Below, piece by piece: positions 27,413-37,863 of a DNA stretch of 64,000 nt. Below the pieces are notes generated by a model, which was given only the letters and a program-made list of their open reading frames with translations, did no database searches and had not been told where the DNA came from. The translations under genes were made by a program, and so were the position numbers. Origin of the DNA: an uncultured Gemmatimonadaceae bacterium (GTDB taxonomy: Bacteria; Gemmatimonadota; Gemmatimonadetes; Gemmatimonadales; GWC2-71-9); NCBI GenBank assembly GCA_964647615.1, contig CAZYIV010000006.1, positions 3,679-67,678 of the forward strand. Direction: 5' to 3'. The stretch's first letter is position 1, and every line of letters begins with the position of its first letter.

Positions 27413-28150
27413 GTGTTCGCCCAGCGCCTGGTAGTGGTCGGGGATGCCCACCTCGGCCGCGGCTCCCGCGAGACCGCTTCCGCCTTCCTCGCCTTCCTCG
27501 ATGCGGTCCCCTCCCTGGGGGATGGCCTGCTCGTGACCGGCGACCTGTTCGAGTTCTGGTTCGCCTACGAGCGGGTCATCCCGCGCCATGGCCTCCCGGT
27601 GGTGGCGGGGCTGGCACGGCTCGCGCGCCGGATGCCGATCCTCCTCATCGGGGGCAACCACGATCGCTGGGCCGGTACCTTCTGGGAGCGGGAGCTCGGC
27701 ATCCGCTTCGCCCCGCGCGAGACGACGTTCACGCTCGGCGGACGAACCGGCCTCGCGGTCCACGGCGACGGGATCACCGAGACCCACTGGTCGGCCCGGG
27801 TGCTGCACCAGGCGCTGCGGCACGACATGACCGTCGCCCTCTACCGGTCCTTGCACCCCGACCTCGGCATGTGGCTGGTGGACCGGCTGAGCAAGTACCT
27901 CGGCGACCGCAAACGGAGCGAGGCGGAGGTCGAGGCGTCGTCGGCGCGGCAGGCGGCCTGGGCCGCGGCGCGCCTGGCGGGAGACCCGGCACTCGGATTC
28001 GTGGTGATGGGCCACACCCACCGCGCCGCGGCCGTGGCCCAGGGGGACGGCCGGCTGTACCTGAACCCGGGCGCGTGGTTCGACGGCCATCGGTACGCCG
28101 TCATCGGCCCGGAGGGCGCCACCCTGCACCAGTTCCCGCACCAGCCGTGA
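27413..28150 (+). CDS. lpxH: UDP-2,3-diacylglucosamine hydrolase (metallophosphoesterase)
   Basis: Track ORF of 245 aa. VVGDAHLG, GDLFEFW, GGNHD and GHTH motifs of LpxH / calcineurin-like phosphoesterases. Confidence 0.8.
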   Translation: MFAQRLVVVGDAHLGRGSRETASAFLAFLDAVPSLGDGLLVTGDLFEFWFAYERVIPRHGLPVVAGLARLARRMPILLIGGNHDRWAGTFWERELGIRFAPRETTFTLGGRTGLAVHGDGITETHWSARVLHQALRHDMTVALYRSLHPDLGMWLVDRLSKYLGDRKRSEAEVEASSARQAAWAAARLAGDPALGFVVMGHTHRAAAVAQGDGRLYLNPGAWFDGHRYAVIGPEGATLHQFPHQP

Positions 28151-28809
28151 GCGAGCGCGAGCCCCGGATCTTCACCAGGGCCACCGAGATGATCCGCGGC
28201 GGGCAGCGTGAGCAGGCGGCGGCCGAGCTGATGGCCGCCCTTCCCGGCATGGAGGCGCGCTGGCATGGCAAGGCGTACCGGCTGGCCGGGCTGGCCTGGT
28301 ACTTCGACGGGCGGTACGCCGAGTCGCTGGGGATGTTCCAGGCGGCGGCGGAGGGAAGCCAGGTGCCGGAGGACTGGTTCAACGTGGCGATGGCCCGCAC
28401 CCACGTCGGCGACATCCCGGGCGCACACGACGCGTGGCAGCGCTGCTTCGAGCTGTCCTACCAGCACCAGGATGCGCCGGAGACCTCGACCTTCTTCCAG
28501 AAGAAGCTGCTGTTCGCGGAGGCGCTGCTTTCGGTGGGCGCGGCGGATGAGCGGGGACTCGACCTGCTGGAGCGGCAGCTGATGGGCTTCTTCACCCATC
28601 ATCACGTGACCGACGCAAGCTTCTGGGGGATGCGGGGGGTGCCCGCCATGGAGGAGGTGCTGGACCTCACCCGCCGGTATTACGTGGCCATGGGCCGGGG
28701 GGCCGACGCGTGGCGGGCCTTCTGCGATTCGGTGACGCCCTCGGTGGACAGCGACGGGCAGGCCTACCTGGCCCGGCTGCGCGAGGAGTTCCCTGGCCCG
28801 GCGGCCTGA
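28147..28809 (+). CDS. hypothetical helical (TPR-like) protein coupled to lpxH
   Basis: C-terminal 220 codons of track ORF 27259..28809. GTG 28147 overlaps the lpxH stop (GTGA). Alternative ATG at 28189. High GC3. No motif recognised. Confidence 0.6.
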   Translation: MSEREPRIFTRATEMIRGGQREQAAAELMAALPGMEARWHGKAYRLAGLAWYFDGRYAESLGMFQAAAEGSQVPEDWFNVAMARTHVGDIPGAHDAWQRCFELSYQHQDAPETSTFFQKKLLFAEALLSVGAADERGLDLLERQLMGFFTHHHVTDASFWGMRGVPAMEEVLDLTRRYYVAMGRGADAWRAFCDSVTPSVDSDGQAYLARLREEFPGPAA

Positions 28810-28815
28810 CCGGAC

Positions 28816-29615
<800 letters not shown>

Positions 29616-29619
<4 letters not shown>

Positions 29620-30143
29620 GGAATCCGGATCGGGATGGTCACGGCCGCGCCCACGCCCCCGCCCGGCATGGGGACCGCGCGCAGGTCCAGGTCGGGCGGG
29701 AAGTCCCACAGGTGGGCGCTGACGTAGGCCTCGATGGCCGAGAAGAGGTGGTTGAACCCCAGCAGCACCAGCCAGTCCTGGCGTTCCTTCTGCTTGGCGG
29801 AGACGCTGCCCGAGCCGGTGCGGCGGAGGTAGCTCAGCTCGTGACTGGTCTTGATCGCCATGCCGAGGGTCAGCCCCTCCCAGCCCACGAAGAGGGCGCC
29901 GGTGAGCTTCCGCTTGAGCTTGGCCTGCCCCCAGCCCGGGATCAGGATCGAACGCCACAGCGCGCCCATGGGCGAGGTGGGCGCCCGCGGACCGAGCGTA
30001 TCGCCCGGGGCGCGGATGAGCGGGACGGTGTCCGGCGCCGCCGCGGCGGTATCCGGAGCCACCAGGGCGGAATCCTGCTGGGCCGCGAGGGGCGCCGCCG
30101 TGAGCATGAGGGCCAGCAGCCCCCCGGCCAGGCGCCGCCTCAC
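29616..30143 (-). CDS. secreted/membrane hypothetical protein (DUF5683-like)
   Basis: Track ORF of 175 aa. Signal peptide. The SILIPGWGQAKLKRK motif resembles the PG.GQ motif of DUF5683. Confidence 0.6.
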
Positions 30144-31168
30144 CCGAGCCGCGCCCGGATGGCCGCCGCGAAGCGGTCGACGTCCTCTTCGGTCGTGTCC
30201 CAGGCCGTCATCCAGCGCACCTCGGCGGTCTCGTGATTCCAGACGTAGAACCAGGCGGTCTCCTGCAGGGCAGGAATATGCTCGGGTGGAATCCGGGCGA
30301 ACACCCCGTTGGACTCCACCGGCTGGGTGATGCGGACCCCGGGAATGTCGCCGACCTGGTCGGCCAGCCGCCGGGCCATCCGGTTGGCATGCGCGGCGCA
30401 GCGGTGCCAGAGGTCCCCTTCGAGCAGGGCGATGAACTGCGCCGCCAGGAACCGCATCTTGCTGGCGAGCTGCATCCCCTGCTTGCGGAGCCAGGGCATC
30501 TCGGCCGCGGTCCCGCCCCTCGGGAAGACCACCGCCTCCGCGCCCAGCAAGCCGTTCTTGGTGCCGCCGAAGCTCAGCAGGTCCACCCCGAGGTCGGTGG
30601 TGAAGGCGCGGAACGGGAGCTCGAGCGCCACCGCGGCGTTGGCCAGCCGGGCGCCATCCATGTGCACCAGCAGGCCCATCCCGTGCGCCGCCTCGACCAG
30701 GGCGCGGATCTCGGCGACGGTGTACACCGTGCCCAGCTCGGTGACCTGGGTGAGCGAGACCACCCGCGGCTGCACCTTGTGCTCGTCGCCCAGCTGGTGA
30801 CGGAACGGCGCCAGTTGCGGCGGCCGGAGCTTGCCATCGGGGGTCGGCAGCGGCAGCAGCTTGCAGCCGGTGAGGCGCTCCGGGGCGCCGGCCTCGTCCA
30901 CGCTGACGTGGGCGCCCTCGGCGCAGATCACCGCGTGGAAGGGCCGGGTCACCGCCGAGAGCCCGACCACGTTGGCCGCGGTGCCGTTGTACACCAGCCA
31001 GCTCTCCGCCTCCGGCCCGAAGTGGGCGCGGAACAGCTCCTCGGCCCGCGCGGTCCAGGAATCGTGCCCGTAGCCCCGCGCATGCCCCGTGTTGGCCTGG
31101 ATGATGGCGTCCAGGACCTCGGGGTGCACCCCGGCGTTGTTGTCGCTGGCGAAGGCGCGAGCGGTCAT
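30140..31168 (-). CDS. ltaE: low-specificity L-threonine aldolase
   Basis: C-terminal 342 aa of track ORF 30140..31672. ATG 31168 (MTARAFASDNNAGVHPEVL). FGGTKNG PLP-lysine motif. Confidence 0.85.
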   Translation of the reverse strand: MTARAFASDNNAGVHPEVLDAIIQANTGHARGYGHDSWTARAEELFRAHFGPEAESWLVYNGTAANVVGLSAVTRPFHAVICAEGAHVSVDEAGAPERLTGCKLLPLPTPDGKLRPPQLAPFRHQLGDEHKVQPRVVSLTQVTELGTVYTVAEIRALVEAAHGMGLLVHMDGARLANAAVALELPFRAFTTDLGVDLLSFGGTKNGLLGAEAVVFPRGGTAAEMPWLRKQGMQLASKMRFLAAQFIALLEGDLWHRCAAHANRMARRLADQVGDIPGVRITQPVESNGVFARIPPEHIPALQETAWFYVWNHETAEVRWMTAWDTTEEDVDRFAAAIRARLG

Positions 31169-32097
31169 GAGGCGATCAGCACGGGGAGGGCCCGGGGCAG
31201 CAGGGTGATGTCCATGCGCCCGGCCACCTGGCGCAACTCGCCGTCGAACTGCGCGTGCAGCACGTCGGAGGCGGTGGAGACGCTCACCCGCGTCGCGCGG
31301 AACATGCGCACGTGGCGCAGGCGGGTGTGGCGGCCCAGCATGACCAGCGGCAGCTTGAGCAGCGTGGCGGGGATGGACTGGCGGCGGATGGCGCAGATGT
31401 CGAGCAGCCCGTCGTCGGGCTGGGCCTCCGGCGTCAGGCGGAAGCCGCCGCCCACGCAGGGCCCGATCGCCACCTCGAGCAGGAGCAGCTCGTCGGTGAG
31501 GCTGCCGCCGTCGGATTCCATCGCGAGCTCCAGCCGCGGGAAGCTCACCAGCACCTCGAAGACCGCCGCGAGGTAGGCCGGCATCCCGGTCAGCCGCTTC
31601 CATCCGCTCACCACCCGGGCCACCTCGGCGTCGAACCCGATCCCCACCGAGTTGAGGAAGTACTCGCCCCACGCGGTGCCGACATCGAAGTGGCGCACCG
31701 TCCCGGCCGCCAGTCGGCGCACCGCCTCGGCGTGGGGGATACCGAGGGTCCGGGCCATCTTGGCGTAGTCGTTCCCGGTGCCGGCGGGCAGGATCGCGAT
31801 CGGGGGCCGCTCCGCCACCTGGGCGGCCAGCAGGCCGTTCGCGGCCTCATGGAGGGTGCCGTCGCCCCCGAGCACCACCACCCGCTCCGCGCCCGCCTCG
31901 ACCCGCTCCCGCACCTGGGCCACCGCCGACCCAGGGGCGGAGGTGTCCACCCGCTCCACCCGGCCGAACGTCCCGGCGAGCGCCTGTTCCGCCGGGGGCG
32001 CCAGGCGCGCCGCGCGGCCGCGGCCGGCCGTGGGATTCACCACAAGGAGGGTGGTCACGAGGACTGGAATGTCGCCGGTTCCGGAGCCGGCCGCCAT
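31165..32097 (-). CDS. diacylglycerol/lipid kinase family protein (YegS/DagK-like)
   Basis: Track ORF of 310 aa. LLVVNPTAGRG, VLGGDGTLHE and PAGTGNDYA motifs. Confidence 0.8.
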   Translation of the reverse strand: MAAGSGTGDIPVLVTTLLVVNPTAGRGRAARLAPPAEQALAGTFGRVERVDTSAPGSAVAQVRERVEAGAERVVVLGGDGTLHEAANGLLAAQVAERPPIAILPAGTGNDYAKMARTLGIPHAEAVRRLAAGTVRHFDVGTAWGEYFLNSVGIGFDAEVARVVSGWKRLTGMPAYLAAVFEVLVSFPRLELAMESDGGSLTDELLLLEVAIGPCVGGGFRLTPEAQPDDGLLDICAIRRQSIPATLLKLPLVMLGRHTRLRHVRMFRATRVSVSTASDVLHAQFDGELRQVAGRMDITLLPRALPVLIAS

Positions 32098-32100
32098 CCG

Positions 32101-32131
32101 TGCAAAGGGGCACCCGGACCTCGGGTGCCCC
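32101..32131 (-). terminator. intrinsic terminator downstream of the tRNA-Sec candidate
   Basis: On the minus strand: GGGGCACCCG-aggtc-CGGGTGCCCC (perfect 10-bp stem) followed by TTTGCA. Confidence 0.65.
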
Positions 32132-32148
32132 TCTCCGCCCGGACGGGG

Positions 32149-32243
32149 CGGGAGCGTGTGGGAATCGAACCCACCGGAGCCGCCGGAGGCGCCTCCGTCG
32201 CGGTTTTGAAGACCGGCCAGGCCACCAGGCCCGATCCACCCCC
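32149..32243 (-). tRNA. selC: candidate selenocysteine tRNA (anticodon TCA), 95 nt
   Basis: Hand fold of the reverse complement:
- Acceptor GGGGGTG(G)/(A)CACGCTCC, with 7 bp including 2 G-U pairs plus a terminal G.A.
- 6-bp D stem CGGGCC/GGCCTG with a 4-nt loop TGGT.
- Anticodon loop CTTCAAA.
- 23-nt variable arm (CGGAG-G-CGCC-tcc-GGCG-G-CTCCG).
- T arm GTGGG-TTCGATT-CCCAC.
- Discriminator G.
The 8/5 acceptor/T-stem geometry, the 6-bp/4-nt D arm and the long extra arm are Sec hallmarks. The anticodon stem is weak (4 Watson-Crick pairs). Confidence 0.65.
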
Positions 32244-32260
32244 CTGTCCGGCGGCCCGGC

Positions 32261-32641
32261 TCAGACCGTCGCGACGACCTCGATCTCGACCCGCACGCCG
32301 CGCGGCAGCCCCGCCACCGCCACCGTGGAGCGGGCCGGCTTGTGCTCCCCGAAGGCCTGGGCGTAGACCTCGTTCATGGCCGGGAAGTCCTGCATGTCCA
32401 CCAGGAACACCGTGGTCTTCACCACCTGCTGCAGGCTGGAGCCGGCGGCCTCGAGCACCGCCTGCAGGTTGGCCAGCACCCGCTGGGTCTGTTCCTTGAT
32501 CCCCCCGCCCACGATCTCCATGCTGGCCGGATCGAAGGCGATCTGCCCGGCGCTGTACAGCAGGCCGTTGACGATCGTGGCCTGGCTGTAGGGGCCGATG
32601 GCCCGGGGGGCCTGTTCGGTGGCGACGGTCTGGATGCTCAT
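32261..32641 (-). CDS. ridA: RidA family reactive-intermediate deaminase (YjgF/L-PSP)
   Basis: Track ORF of 126 aa. APRAIGPYSQA...GQIAFDP...KTTVFL.DM.DF..MNEVY...AR..V.V..LP. Confidence 0.9.
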   Translation of the reverse strand: MSIQTVATEQAPRAIGPYSQATIVNGLLYSAGQIAFDPASMEIVGGGIKEQTQRVLANLQAVLEAAGSSLQQVVKTTVFLVDMQDFPAMNEVYAQAFGEHKPARSTVAVAGLPRGVRVEIEVVATV

Positions 32642-34315
32642 CTAGAAGAGGCCCTCGATCCGGCCATCGGGGTGCACCCGGATGGCCTCCGCCGAGGGCG
32701 TCTTGGACAGCCCCGGCATGGTCATGATGTCGCCCGCGAGCGCCACCACAAAGCCGGCGCCGGCGGAGGGGTAGACATCCCGGATGGTAATCCGGAAGCC
32801 CTTCGGCCGCCCGAGCCTGGTCGGGTCGTCGCTGAAGGAGTACTGGGTCTTGGCCACGCATACCGGCGTCCCGCCCAGGCCCATCGCCTCGCACTGGGCA
32901 ATCGACTTCTCGGCGGTGGGGGTGAAGTTGGCCCCGTCGGCGCCGTAGATCTGGGTGGCGATGGTCTCGATCTTCTGCTTGATCGGGAGCGCGCTGTCAT
33001 AGATCGGCTTGAAGTCGGCCTTGCCCTCGGCCAGGGCCGCAAGCACCTCGTTGCCGACCGCCTCGCCGCCCTCGCCGCCGCGGGCCCACACATCCGACAG
33101 CGCCGCCCGGGCGCCCCAGCCCTTGGCGGCGCTCAGCACGGCGTCCTGCTCCTCCTGCGAGTCGGAGAGGAACCGGTTGAGCGCCACGACCACCGGCACG
33201 CCGAACTTCTGCACGTTCTTGACGTGGGCCTCGAGGTTCACCATCCCCCGCTGCAGCGCCGCGACGTCCGGCGTGCCGAGCGCGTCCTTCTTCACGCCGC
33301 CATGCATCTTGAGTGCCCGCACCGTGGCCACGACCACCGCGGCCTCCGGCTTGAGCCCGCCGAAGCGGCACTTGATGTCGAAGAACTTCTCCGCCCCCAG
33401 GTCGGCGCCGAAGCCGGCCTCGGTCAGCACGATGTCCGCCAGGCCGAGCGCCAGCTTGGTGGCGACAATCGAGTTGCAGCCGTGGGCGATGTTGCCGAAG
33501 GGCCCGCCATGCACCAGCGCCGGGCCGCCCTCGAGGGTCTGCACCAGGTTGGGGAGGATGGCGTCCTTGAGCAGCAGGGTCATCGCCCCGCTGGCCTTGA
33601 GGTCGCCCGCGGTCACCGGCTTCCGGTCGCGGGTAAGGCCCACGATGATCCGGGAGCAGCGCTGCTCCAGGTCGGCCAGGTCGGTGGACAGGCAGAGGAT
33701 CGCCATGATCTCGCTGCCCGGCACGATCACGAACCGCTCCTCGCGGCTGGGCCCGCCGTTGAGCCCGCCCAGGCCGACGACCATCGAGCGGAGTGCCCGG
33801 TCGTTCATGTCCATGGTGCGGGGCCAGGTGATGCGGCGGCTGTCGATGCCCAGCGCGTTGCCATGGTGGATGTGGTTGTCCAGCATGGCGGACAGCAGGT
33901 TGTGCGCCGAGGTGATGGCGTGGAAGTCGCCGGTGAAGTGCAGGTTGATCTCGTCCATCGGCACCACCTGCGCGTACCCGCCGCCCGCCGCCCCGCCCTT
34001 CACCCCGAACACGGGGCCGAGGGACGGCTCGCGGATGGCCACCACGACCTTCTTCTTGAGCCGTCGGAGCGCCTGCGCCAGGCCCACCGTCACGGTGGAC
34101 TTGCCCTCGCCGGCCGGGGTGGGATTGATCCCGGATACCAGGACCAGCCGCCCGGTGGGCTTCCGCTTTGCAACCGCCTCGGGGGTGAGCTTGGCCTTGT
34201 AGCGGCCGTAGGGCAGGATCTCGTCGGGGCCGAGGCCGATCTCCGCGGCCACCTCGGCGATGGGACGGAGCTTGGCAGCCTGCGCGATCTCGATGTCGGT
34301 GGGTACGGTAGCCAT
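32642..34315 (-). CDS. fhs: formate--tetrahydrofolate ligase
   Basis: Track ORF of 557 aa. [18 protein letters not shown]-loop. Full-length colinearity with FTHFS as I recognise it. Confidence 0.95.
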   Translation of the reverse strand: MATVPTDIEIAQAAKLRPIAEVAAEIGLGPDEILPYGRYKAKLTPEAVAKRKPTGRLVLVSGINPTPAGEGKSTVTVGLAQALRRLKKKVVVAIREPSLGPVFGVKGGAAGGGYAQVVPMDEINLHFTGDFHAITSAHNLLSAMLDNHIHHGNALGIDSRRITWPRTMDMNDRALRSMVVGLGGLNGGPSREERFVIVPGSEIMAILCLSTDLADLEQRCSRIIVGLTRDRKPVTAGDLKASGAMTLLLKDAILPNLVQTLEGGPALVHGGPFGNIAHGCNSIVATKLALGLADIVLTEAGFGADLGAEKFFDIKCRFGGLKPEAAVVVATVRALKMHGGVKKDALGTPDVAALQRGMVNLEAHVKNVQKFGVPVVVALNRFLSDSQEEQDAVLSAAKGWGARAALSDVWARGGEGGEAVGNEVLAALAEGKADFKPIYDSALPIKQKIETIATQIYGADGANFTPTAEKSIAQCEAMGLGGTPVCVAKTQYSFSDDPTRLGRPKGFRITIRDVYPSAGAGFVVALAGDIMTMPGLSKTPSAEAIRVHPDGRIEGLF

Positions 34316-34440
34316 GGCGGACGGACTTCCCCTGGGAGAAGGGTGAAGGTGGTGGTGCGCGGACGCCCCGGCTCCGGGCCTGGGGTCATCCCGGGGAACG
34401 TAGGCCGGGCGGAATGAACGGGCCGTGAAGCCCGTGCCCG

Positions 34441-35208
34441 TCAGGCGCTCAGCCGGGGGCCGAAGACCCGGGCGGCGTTGGCGCCGGTGGTGGCCAGCAA
34501 CTCGTCGAGGGCCACGCCGCGCACCCGGGCCACGTGTTCGGCCGTCTGGCGGACGAACGCGGGTTCATTGCGCTTGCCCCGGTGCGGGACCGGCGCCAGG
34601 TACGGCGCGTCGGTCTCGAGCAGCAGCCGGTCCGCGGGCACCGCCCGCACGACCTCGTCGCGGCCCCAGTTGCGGAAGGTGACCATTCCGCTGAGGCTGA
34701 CATAGTGCCCGTCCTCGAGGGCGGTCCGCAAGAGGTCCGGGCCGCTGGAGAACGAGTGCAGGATCACGCTGGCCTGGGGGTGCTGCCGGAGGAGGGCGAT
34801 GATGTCCGCGTCCGCATCCCGGGCGTGGATCACCACCGGCTTGCCCGCCGCGGTCGCCAGCCCGAGTTGTCGGTCGAACGCCGCCTGCTGCACATCACGA
34901 GGGGAATGGTCGTAATGATAGTCGAGCCCCATCTCCCCCGCCGCGACGACCCGCGGGTCCTGCAGCTGCGCCCGGAGCCACGCCTCGGTCTCCGGGGTCC
35001 AGCGGGCCGCCTCGTGCGGGTGGAGCCCCGCGGTGGCCGAGAGGCCCGGGTGGCCCTCCACCAGCTCCAGCGCCCGGGCGGCGGCCTCGGGCGACTCGCC
35101 GATCACCACCACGTGCCCGACCCCGGCGGCCCGGGCCCGGGCCAGCACCTCGGGGACGTCGGCCGCGAAGGCCTCCGCCCCCAGGTGACAGTGGGTGTCG
35201 ATCAGCAC
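34441..35208 (-). CDS. tatD: TatD family metal-dependent hydrolase
   Basis: C-terminal 255 aa of track ORF 34441..35292. GTG 35208 (VLIDTHCHL). Lies 19 nt downstream of the secF stop. Confidence 0.85.
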   Translation of the reverse strand: MLIDTHCHLGAEAFAADVPEVLARARAAGVGHVVVIGESPEAAARALELVEGHPGLSATAGLHPHEAARWTPETEAWLRAQLQDPRVVAAGEMGLDYHYDHSPRDVQQAAFDRQLGLATAAGKPVVIHARDADADIIALLRQHPQASVILHSFSSGPDLLRTALEDGHYVSLSGMVTFRNWGRDEVVRAVPADRLLLETDAPYLAPVPHRGKRNEPAFVRQTAEHVARVRGVALDELLATTGANAARVFGPRLSA

Positions 35209-35227
35209 CGGCGCCGGGCGCCGGGGC

Positions 35228-36202
35228 TCAGGCGCCGACCGTCTGGCGCGGCTGGCCCGCCGGGCGGCCCGGCTGGCGCACCCCGCGCGCATCGGCGCCG
35301 GGCCACTTGTGCTCGATCGCCATGAGCGCCGGCGAGGCGATATAGATGGACGAGAAGGTGCCGGTGAACACGCCGAAGAACATCACCAGCGCGAAGGGCC
35401 GGATCACCTCGCCGCCGAACACCGCCAGGGCCGTCAGCGTCGCCAGGGTGGTGCCGTGGGTCAGCACGCTGCGCGGCAGGGTCTCGTTCACCGACCGGTT
35501 CAGGATGTCGGCGAAGTGGTCCCGCTTGTACTTGTGCAGGTTCTCGCGCACCCGGTCGAAGATGATGATCGTGTCGTTGAGCGAGTAGCCGACCATCGAG
35601 AGCACGGCGCCGACGACCACCAGGCTCACCTCGAGCCGCATCAGCGCGATGAACCCGATGGTGAGCACGATGTCGTGGGCCGTGGCCAGGATCGCCGCCA
35701 GCCCGAAGCGCCACTCGAACCGGTAGGCCAGGTAGGCCAGCACCGCCAGAAACGAGTAGACGATCGCGAGCAGGGCCTTGCCCCGCAGTTCGCCGCCCAC
35801 CTTGGGGCCGACCGCCTCGGTCCGGTCGATGGTGTACTTCCCCGCCCCGAGGACCTGGTCCAGCGCGCTGCTCACGGCGCGCGCCGTCGCCTCGGTGTTG
35901 TCGGCATCGGTGCCCTCCTTGGCGGTGCGGGCCCGGATCAGGAACTCGCCCGGGGCCCCGAACGACTGGATCTCGGCGCCCTTGATGCCCTGGCCGTCGA
36001 GCGCGACGCGCATGGCGCCGACGTTCGCCGCCGGGACCGCCTTGAGCTGGACCAGGGTCCCGCCGGTGAACTCGATGCTGTAATTGAGGCCCCAGCCGAG
36101 CAGCGCCACCAGGCTCAGCAGGAAGAGGACCCCGGTCAGGCCGTACGCATACTTCCGGTAGCCGATGAAGTCGTACGCGGCGTTGGCGAAGAAGCGGATC
36201 AT
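35228..36202 (-). CDS. secF: protein translocase subunit SecF
   Basis: Track ORF of 324 aa. YDFIGYRKYAYG...GLNYSIEFTGGT start. 1-nt overlap with secD. Confidence 0.93.
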   Translation of the reverse strand: MIRFFANAAYDFIGYRKYAYGLTGVLFLLSLVALLGWGLNYSIEFTGGTLVQLKAVPAANVGAMRVALDGQGIKGAEIQSFGAPGEFLIRARTAKEGTDADNTEATARAVSSALDQVLGAGKYTIDRTEAVGPKVGGELRGKALLAIVYSFLAVLAYLAYRFEWRFGLAAILATAHDIVLTIGFIALMRLEVSLVVVGAVLSMVGYSLNDTIIIFDRVRENLHKYKRDHFADILNRSVNETLPRSVLTHGTTLATLTALAVFGGEVIRPFALVMFFGVFTGTFSSIYIASPALMAIEHKWPGADARGVRQPGRPAGQPRQTVGA

Positions 36203-37857
36203 CAGATGCTCAGGGTTGCCATGGTCGGCTTGCGATCCAGCCAGATCATGTAGAAGGTCCGGGTCACGAACACCGCCGTGATCATCGAGCAGATGATGCC
36301 GATGGTCAGCGTCACCGCGAAGCCCTTGACCGGGCCGGTGCCGAACTGGAACAGGAACAGCGCCGTCATCACCGTGGTCACGTTTGAGTCCACGATGGCG
36401 TTCATCGCGTGGCGGAAGCCCTCATCGATGGCCAGGCGCACGGTCTTCCCCAGCGCCAGCTCCTCGCGGATGCGCTCGAAGATCAGCACGTTGGCGTCCA
36501 CCGCAATGCCGATCGACAGGGTGAGGCCCGCCAGCCCCGGCAGGGTCAGCGTCGCCCCGAGCATCGAGAGCGCCCCGAGCGAGAACAGGATGTAGAGCCC
36601 GAGGCCCGCCACCGCGAGCATGCCGCTCACCCGGTAGATCCCGACCATGATCAGGATCACCAGCACGGTGCCCACCAGCGCCGCCACGATGCCCTTCTGG
36701 ATCGAGTCGGTGCCGAGGCTCGCGCCCACCTGGCGCTCCTCGACGATCTTGAGCGGCACCGGCAGGGCGCCGGCCCGCAGGGTCAGCGCCAGGTCGCGCG
36801 CGTCCTGGAACGACTTGCCGGCGAGCGTGATCTGGCCCCGCCGCTCGATCCGCTCCTGGATCACCGGGGGCCGGCCCTGGACCTTGTCGTCCAGCACGAT
36901 CGCCATGTAGTTGCCGACGTTCTTGCCGGTCCCCTCCCCGAACATGCGGGCGCCCTTGCGGTCCAGCTCAAAGGTCACGACCGGGCTGCTGGTGAGCGGG
37001 TCGATGTCTTCCTTGGCGTCCACCAGGTTGGTCCCGGTGACGATCGGCCGGTCCTCCAGCACGTAGAGCGAACGGTAATTCTTGGCCCCGATGCTCTGGA
37101 ACGACGCCCCCCAGCGGTACTCGAACTGGCGCGGGAACAGCGCCCGCACGTCCGGCACGTTGAGCAGGCTGTCGGCGCGGGGGACCGAGCTCTCCTCCAC
37201 CAGGAACTCGCCGGGCGTCAGCTGGTAGCCGAGGTTGGCCCCGGCCAGGACCAGGCTGGAGAGCGCCCCGCCCGTCACCGTGGTGGTGTCGCCGGCGGCG
37301 GCCTCCGGCTTCTTGGTCGAGTCGCCCTGCAGCAGCTCGGTGACCGCGCTGGTCGGCGCCTCGGCCCCGGCGGTGGCGTGCACGCCGAGCCGGGCCAGGG
37401 CCCGGTCCATGGCGGGCAGCGCCTTGTCGAGCGCCTGGCTCCGGTCGGTCATCCGGAACTCGAGGAAGGCGCTCTTCTGCACGATCGCCTTGGCCCGGCC
37501 CGGGTCGTTGACCCCCGCCAGCTCGACCACGATCCGGTCATCACCCTGCTTCTGCACCAGCGGCTCGGTGACGCCGAACTCGTCCACCCGCTTGCGCAGC
37601 ACGGTGAGGGCGAGGTCGATGTCCCGGGCCGGGTCGGCGGAGACCCGCTTGGACTGGTCCAGCTCGAGGCCCAGGTGCATGCCGCCCTGGAGGTCGAGGC
37701 CCAGCTTGAGCGGCACCTGCCGCTCCACGGTGTCGCGGATGATGCCGTCCGCTCCCCGCTGCCGCTGCTTCACGTCGCGGGGGATGAGCGAGACGACGGC
37801 GGCGATCACCATGACGGCGACCACCCCGATCCGGGTCCTGAGATTGGTGACGATCAT
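36202..37857 (-). CDS. secD: protein translocase subunit SecD
   Basis: Track ORF of 551 aa. LKLGLDLQGGMHL motif and a C-terminal 6-TM RND-like domain. Confidence 0.93.
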   Translation of the reverse strand: MIVTNLRTRIGVVAVMVIAAVVSLIPRDVKQRQRGADGIIRDTVERQVPLKLGLDLQGGMHLGLELDQSKRVSADPARDIDLALTVLRKRVDEFGVTEPLVQKQGDDRIVVELAGVNDPGRAKAIVQKSAFLEFRMTDRSQALDKALPAMDRALARLGVHATAGAEAPTSAVTELLQGDSTKKPEAAAGDTTTVTGGALSSLVLAGANLGYQLTPGEFLVEESSVPRADSLLNVPDVRALFPRQFEYRWGASFQSIGAKNYRSLYVLEDRPIVTGTNLVDAKEDIDPLTSSPVVTFELDRKGARMFGEGTGKNVGNYMAIVLDDKVQGRPPVIQERIERRGQITLAGKSFQDARDLALTLRAGALPVPLKIVEERQVGASLGTDSIQKGIVAALVGTVLVILIMVGIYRVSGMLAVAGLGLYILFSLGALSMLGATLTLPGLAGLTLSIGIAVDANVLIFERIREELALGKTVRLAIDEGFRHAMNAIVDSNVTTVMTALFLFQFGTGPVKGFAVTLTIGIICSMITAVFVTRTFYMIWLDRKPTMATLSI

Positions 37858-37863
37858 GCGGCT

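Noticed and set aside
34316-34440. A structured 125-nt leader upstream of fhs. I checked it for a ZTP (pfl) or THF riboswitch because fhs is a classic ZTP-regulated gene.
   Set aside because: I could not find the conserved 3' element CCGCCUGGGC or the ACUGGCG/CCGGG core on the minus strand. I saw only a short hairpin (34418-34435), probably ending the tatD transcript. A covariance-model scan (Rfam RF01750, RF01831) would settle it.
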